Below, one piece after another: positions 62,503 to 64,000 of a stretch of 64,000 nucleotides of DNA (positions are counted from its first letter, which is position 1; every line of letters starts with the position of its first letter). The DNA is from Chiloscyllium plagiosum. Its lineage: Eukaryota. Where the stretch lies: positions 83,274,027-83,338,026 of the forward strand of contig NC_057719.1 in the NCBI RefSeq assembly GCF_004010195.1, written 5' to 3'. The notes beneath the pieces are model-generated. The model had not been told where the DNA came from. It ran no database searches and worked only from the letters and a program-made list of their open reading frames with translations. Made by a program: the position numbers and the translations under genes.

Positions 62503-63355
62503 TCCAAGATGGCGGCGGCGTAGGTCTCCTGAGCCAGAGCCCATCTGCTCTAACCACTTTTCTTTCTTCTTTTCTTCCTTCCTTTGTTTTTCTTTCAGTT
62601 GTTTTTCTCTGCTTACTCACTTTCTGGAGGCAGCGGGTGGTGATGGCTGCTGCCAGTGCCGTTGGTCATGAGGTAGTTGGTGTGCCCGGCAGAACTCTGG
62701 CGGCCCGTTGCATCGTGGAAGTGGCTGGGAGCCTGGAGCAATGCCAGAGTGGGACTCCGGCAGCCTGTGGTGATTGGTGAGCCTGGTCGGCGGTGAGACG
62801 GCAGCGTGGAGACAATGGATTGGGAGATTGGGAGATTGAGAGATCGAGGCCAGCACAGGAGAGAGATCACGCCCTCATGGGGAAAGCCAAGCATGGAGTG
62901 ACTGCAGACTCAGGGCTAAAGAAGGACAGTAATTTGGAACTTTTCACTTAATTTCTTATTTACTACTTTACACTGACAAGAAATGTAACCGAGCTTGTAA
63001 CTTATTTCCTTATTTTCTACTCAGATTTTGTACCTCGGTCCCTGTACCTAAGATGGCACCAGAGATGGTAACATTGGAAAATTTTCACCGTGGTGAAAAT
63101 GTGTTGCTGGAAAAGCACAGCCGGTCAGGCAGCACCCAAGGAGCAGGAGAATTGACATTTCGGGCATGAGCCCTTCTTCGGGCTCATGCCCGAAACGTCG
63201 ATTCTCCTGCTCCTTGGATGCTGCCTGACCTGCTGCGCTTTTCCAGCAACACATTTTCAGCTCTGATCTCCAGCATCTGCAGTCCTCACTTCCTCCTCGA
63301 AAATTTTCATTGTGCTCATGGGTCCCTGTATATGACAATTAAAAACTAATTCTAA
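62503..63355 (+). mobile_element. Non-coding CAAGATGGCG-headed element with Rex1-like tail
   Basis: CAAGATGGCGGCG, CT-rich tract, GC-rich middle, AT-rich tract, TTTTCA..GTG...ATGACAATTAAA tail. Confidence 0.6.
63093..63298. mobile_element. ~205-bp Penelope family-A hairpin insert
   Basis: Near-perfect palindrome 63094-63259 with TTCTTC loop; TSD GAAAATTTTCA(YY)GTG at 63077 and 63299. Confidence 0.85.
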
Positions 63356-63755
63356 TAAAAAAAGACTCTGCCTCTATGGGCAGCTGGATATCAGGAAGAG
63401 AATCTTAAACAAGACCAGCCATGGAGCCTGAAGCTTGATTCAGATGTGGGCTTTGGTCATCAATACTGCAGCCTTTACCAAGATGGCTTCCTTCTGGTGC
63501 ACAGCAACTATGTTCCTGCTGGACGCCATTTTTACTTTGAGGGCACTTGCTTCAGTCCTTACAATGGACACGGTGACAATGAATTTCTCGGTCCCTTGCT
63601 TATACCAACTCAGCTGAATACTTTGACAAGATTGCAAAGCTGTGAGCCTGTTGGATGTTTCTCAAGAGTTGTTTTGATGGAATTTCCAGTGATGGATTTG
63701 CCATGGTGTTTCAAATTGTTATTTAATTGCGGATGGTCAGGAATGGCCCAAAAGC

Positions 63756-63832
63756 GTCATAGTCATAGATTCATAGAGATGTACAGCATGGACATAGACC
63801 CTTCGGCCCAACCCATCCATGCTGACCAGATT
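63756..63832 (-). mobile_element. HER1 LINE 3' tail
   Basis: GTCATAGATTCATAGAGATGTACAGCATGG...GACCCTTCGG. Confidence 0.8.
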
Positions 63833-64000
63833 TGTGGCAGATCCAGAGACGTTTGCAGTGGAAAGGGCTTTAGATAAATGAAATAGCCCCAGTGACCTTG
63901 CTAATGTCAACTTCTTAACCAACACTCACTAAATTAATTATCTGGTTGGTCATTTTACTTTGCTCTTACCAGAGATTGCAGTGAGTAAATTGACTGCTAC

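Overview
Repeat-dense, apparently non-coding (intronic or intergenic) vertebrate DNA. The repeat repertoire points to a cartilaginous fish, probably a bamboo/carpet shark: HE1-type tRNA-derived SINEs sharing their tail with HER1/CR1 LINEs, Deu-domain SINEs, Rex1 and L2 LINE remnants, and Penelope-like elements (PLEs). That assignment is inferred from remembered repeat consensus features, not from a search. I cannot support any intact host protein-coding gene; nearly all ORFs in the track translate SINE, LINE or tandem-repeat sequence or N-gaps. Recognisable protein remnants are all retroelement-derived: CR1 ORF1 SGNH esterase plus APE endonuclease (38.3-40.1 kb), RT fragments, a Rex1 C-terminus and two PLE GIY-YIG endonucleases. 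The most interesting signal is about a dozen minimal hammerhead-ribozyme motifs (CUGANGA-stemII-GAAA-N-NUH) in about four PLE terminal-repeat families. Several sit in 0.2-1.1 kb fold-back insertions flanked by roughly 11-16 bp target-site duplications. Also present: a tRNA-headed LINE with head+tail SINE partners, a candidate non-autonomous Rex1-type element, two solo LTRs, two short interstitial telomeric arrays, a ~2.4 kb 26-bp minisatellite, two assembly gaps (25828-26327, 31391-31501) and a probably noisy sequence patch (~40.1-41.0 kb). Repeat boundaries were read by eye and are approximate (tens of bp).
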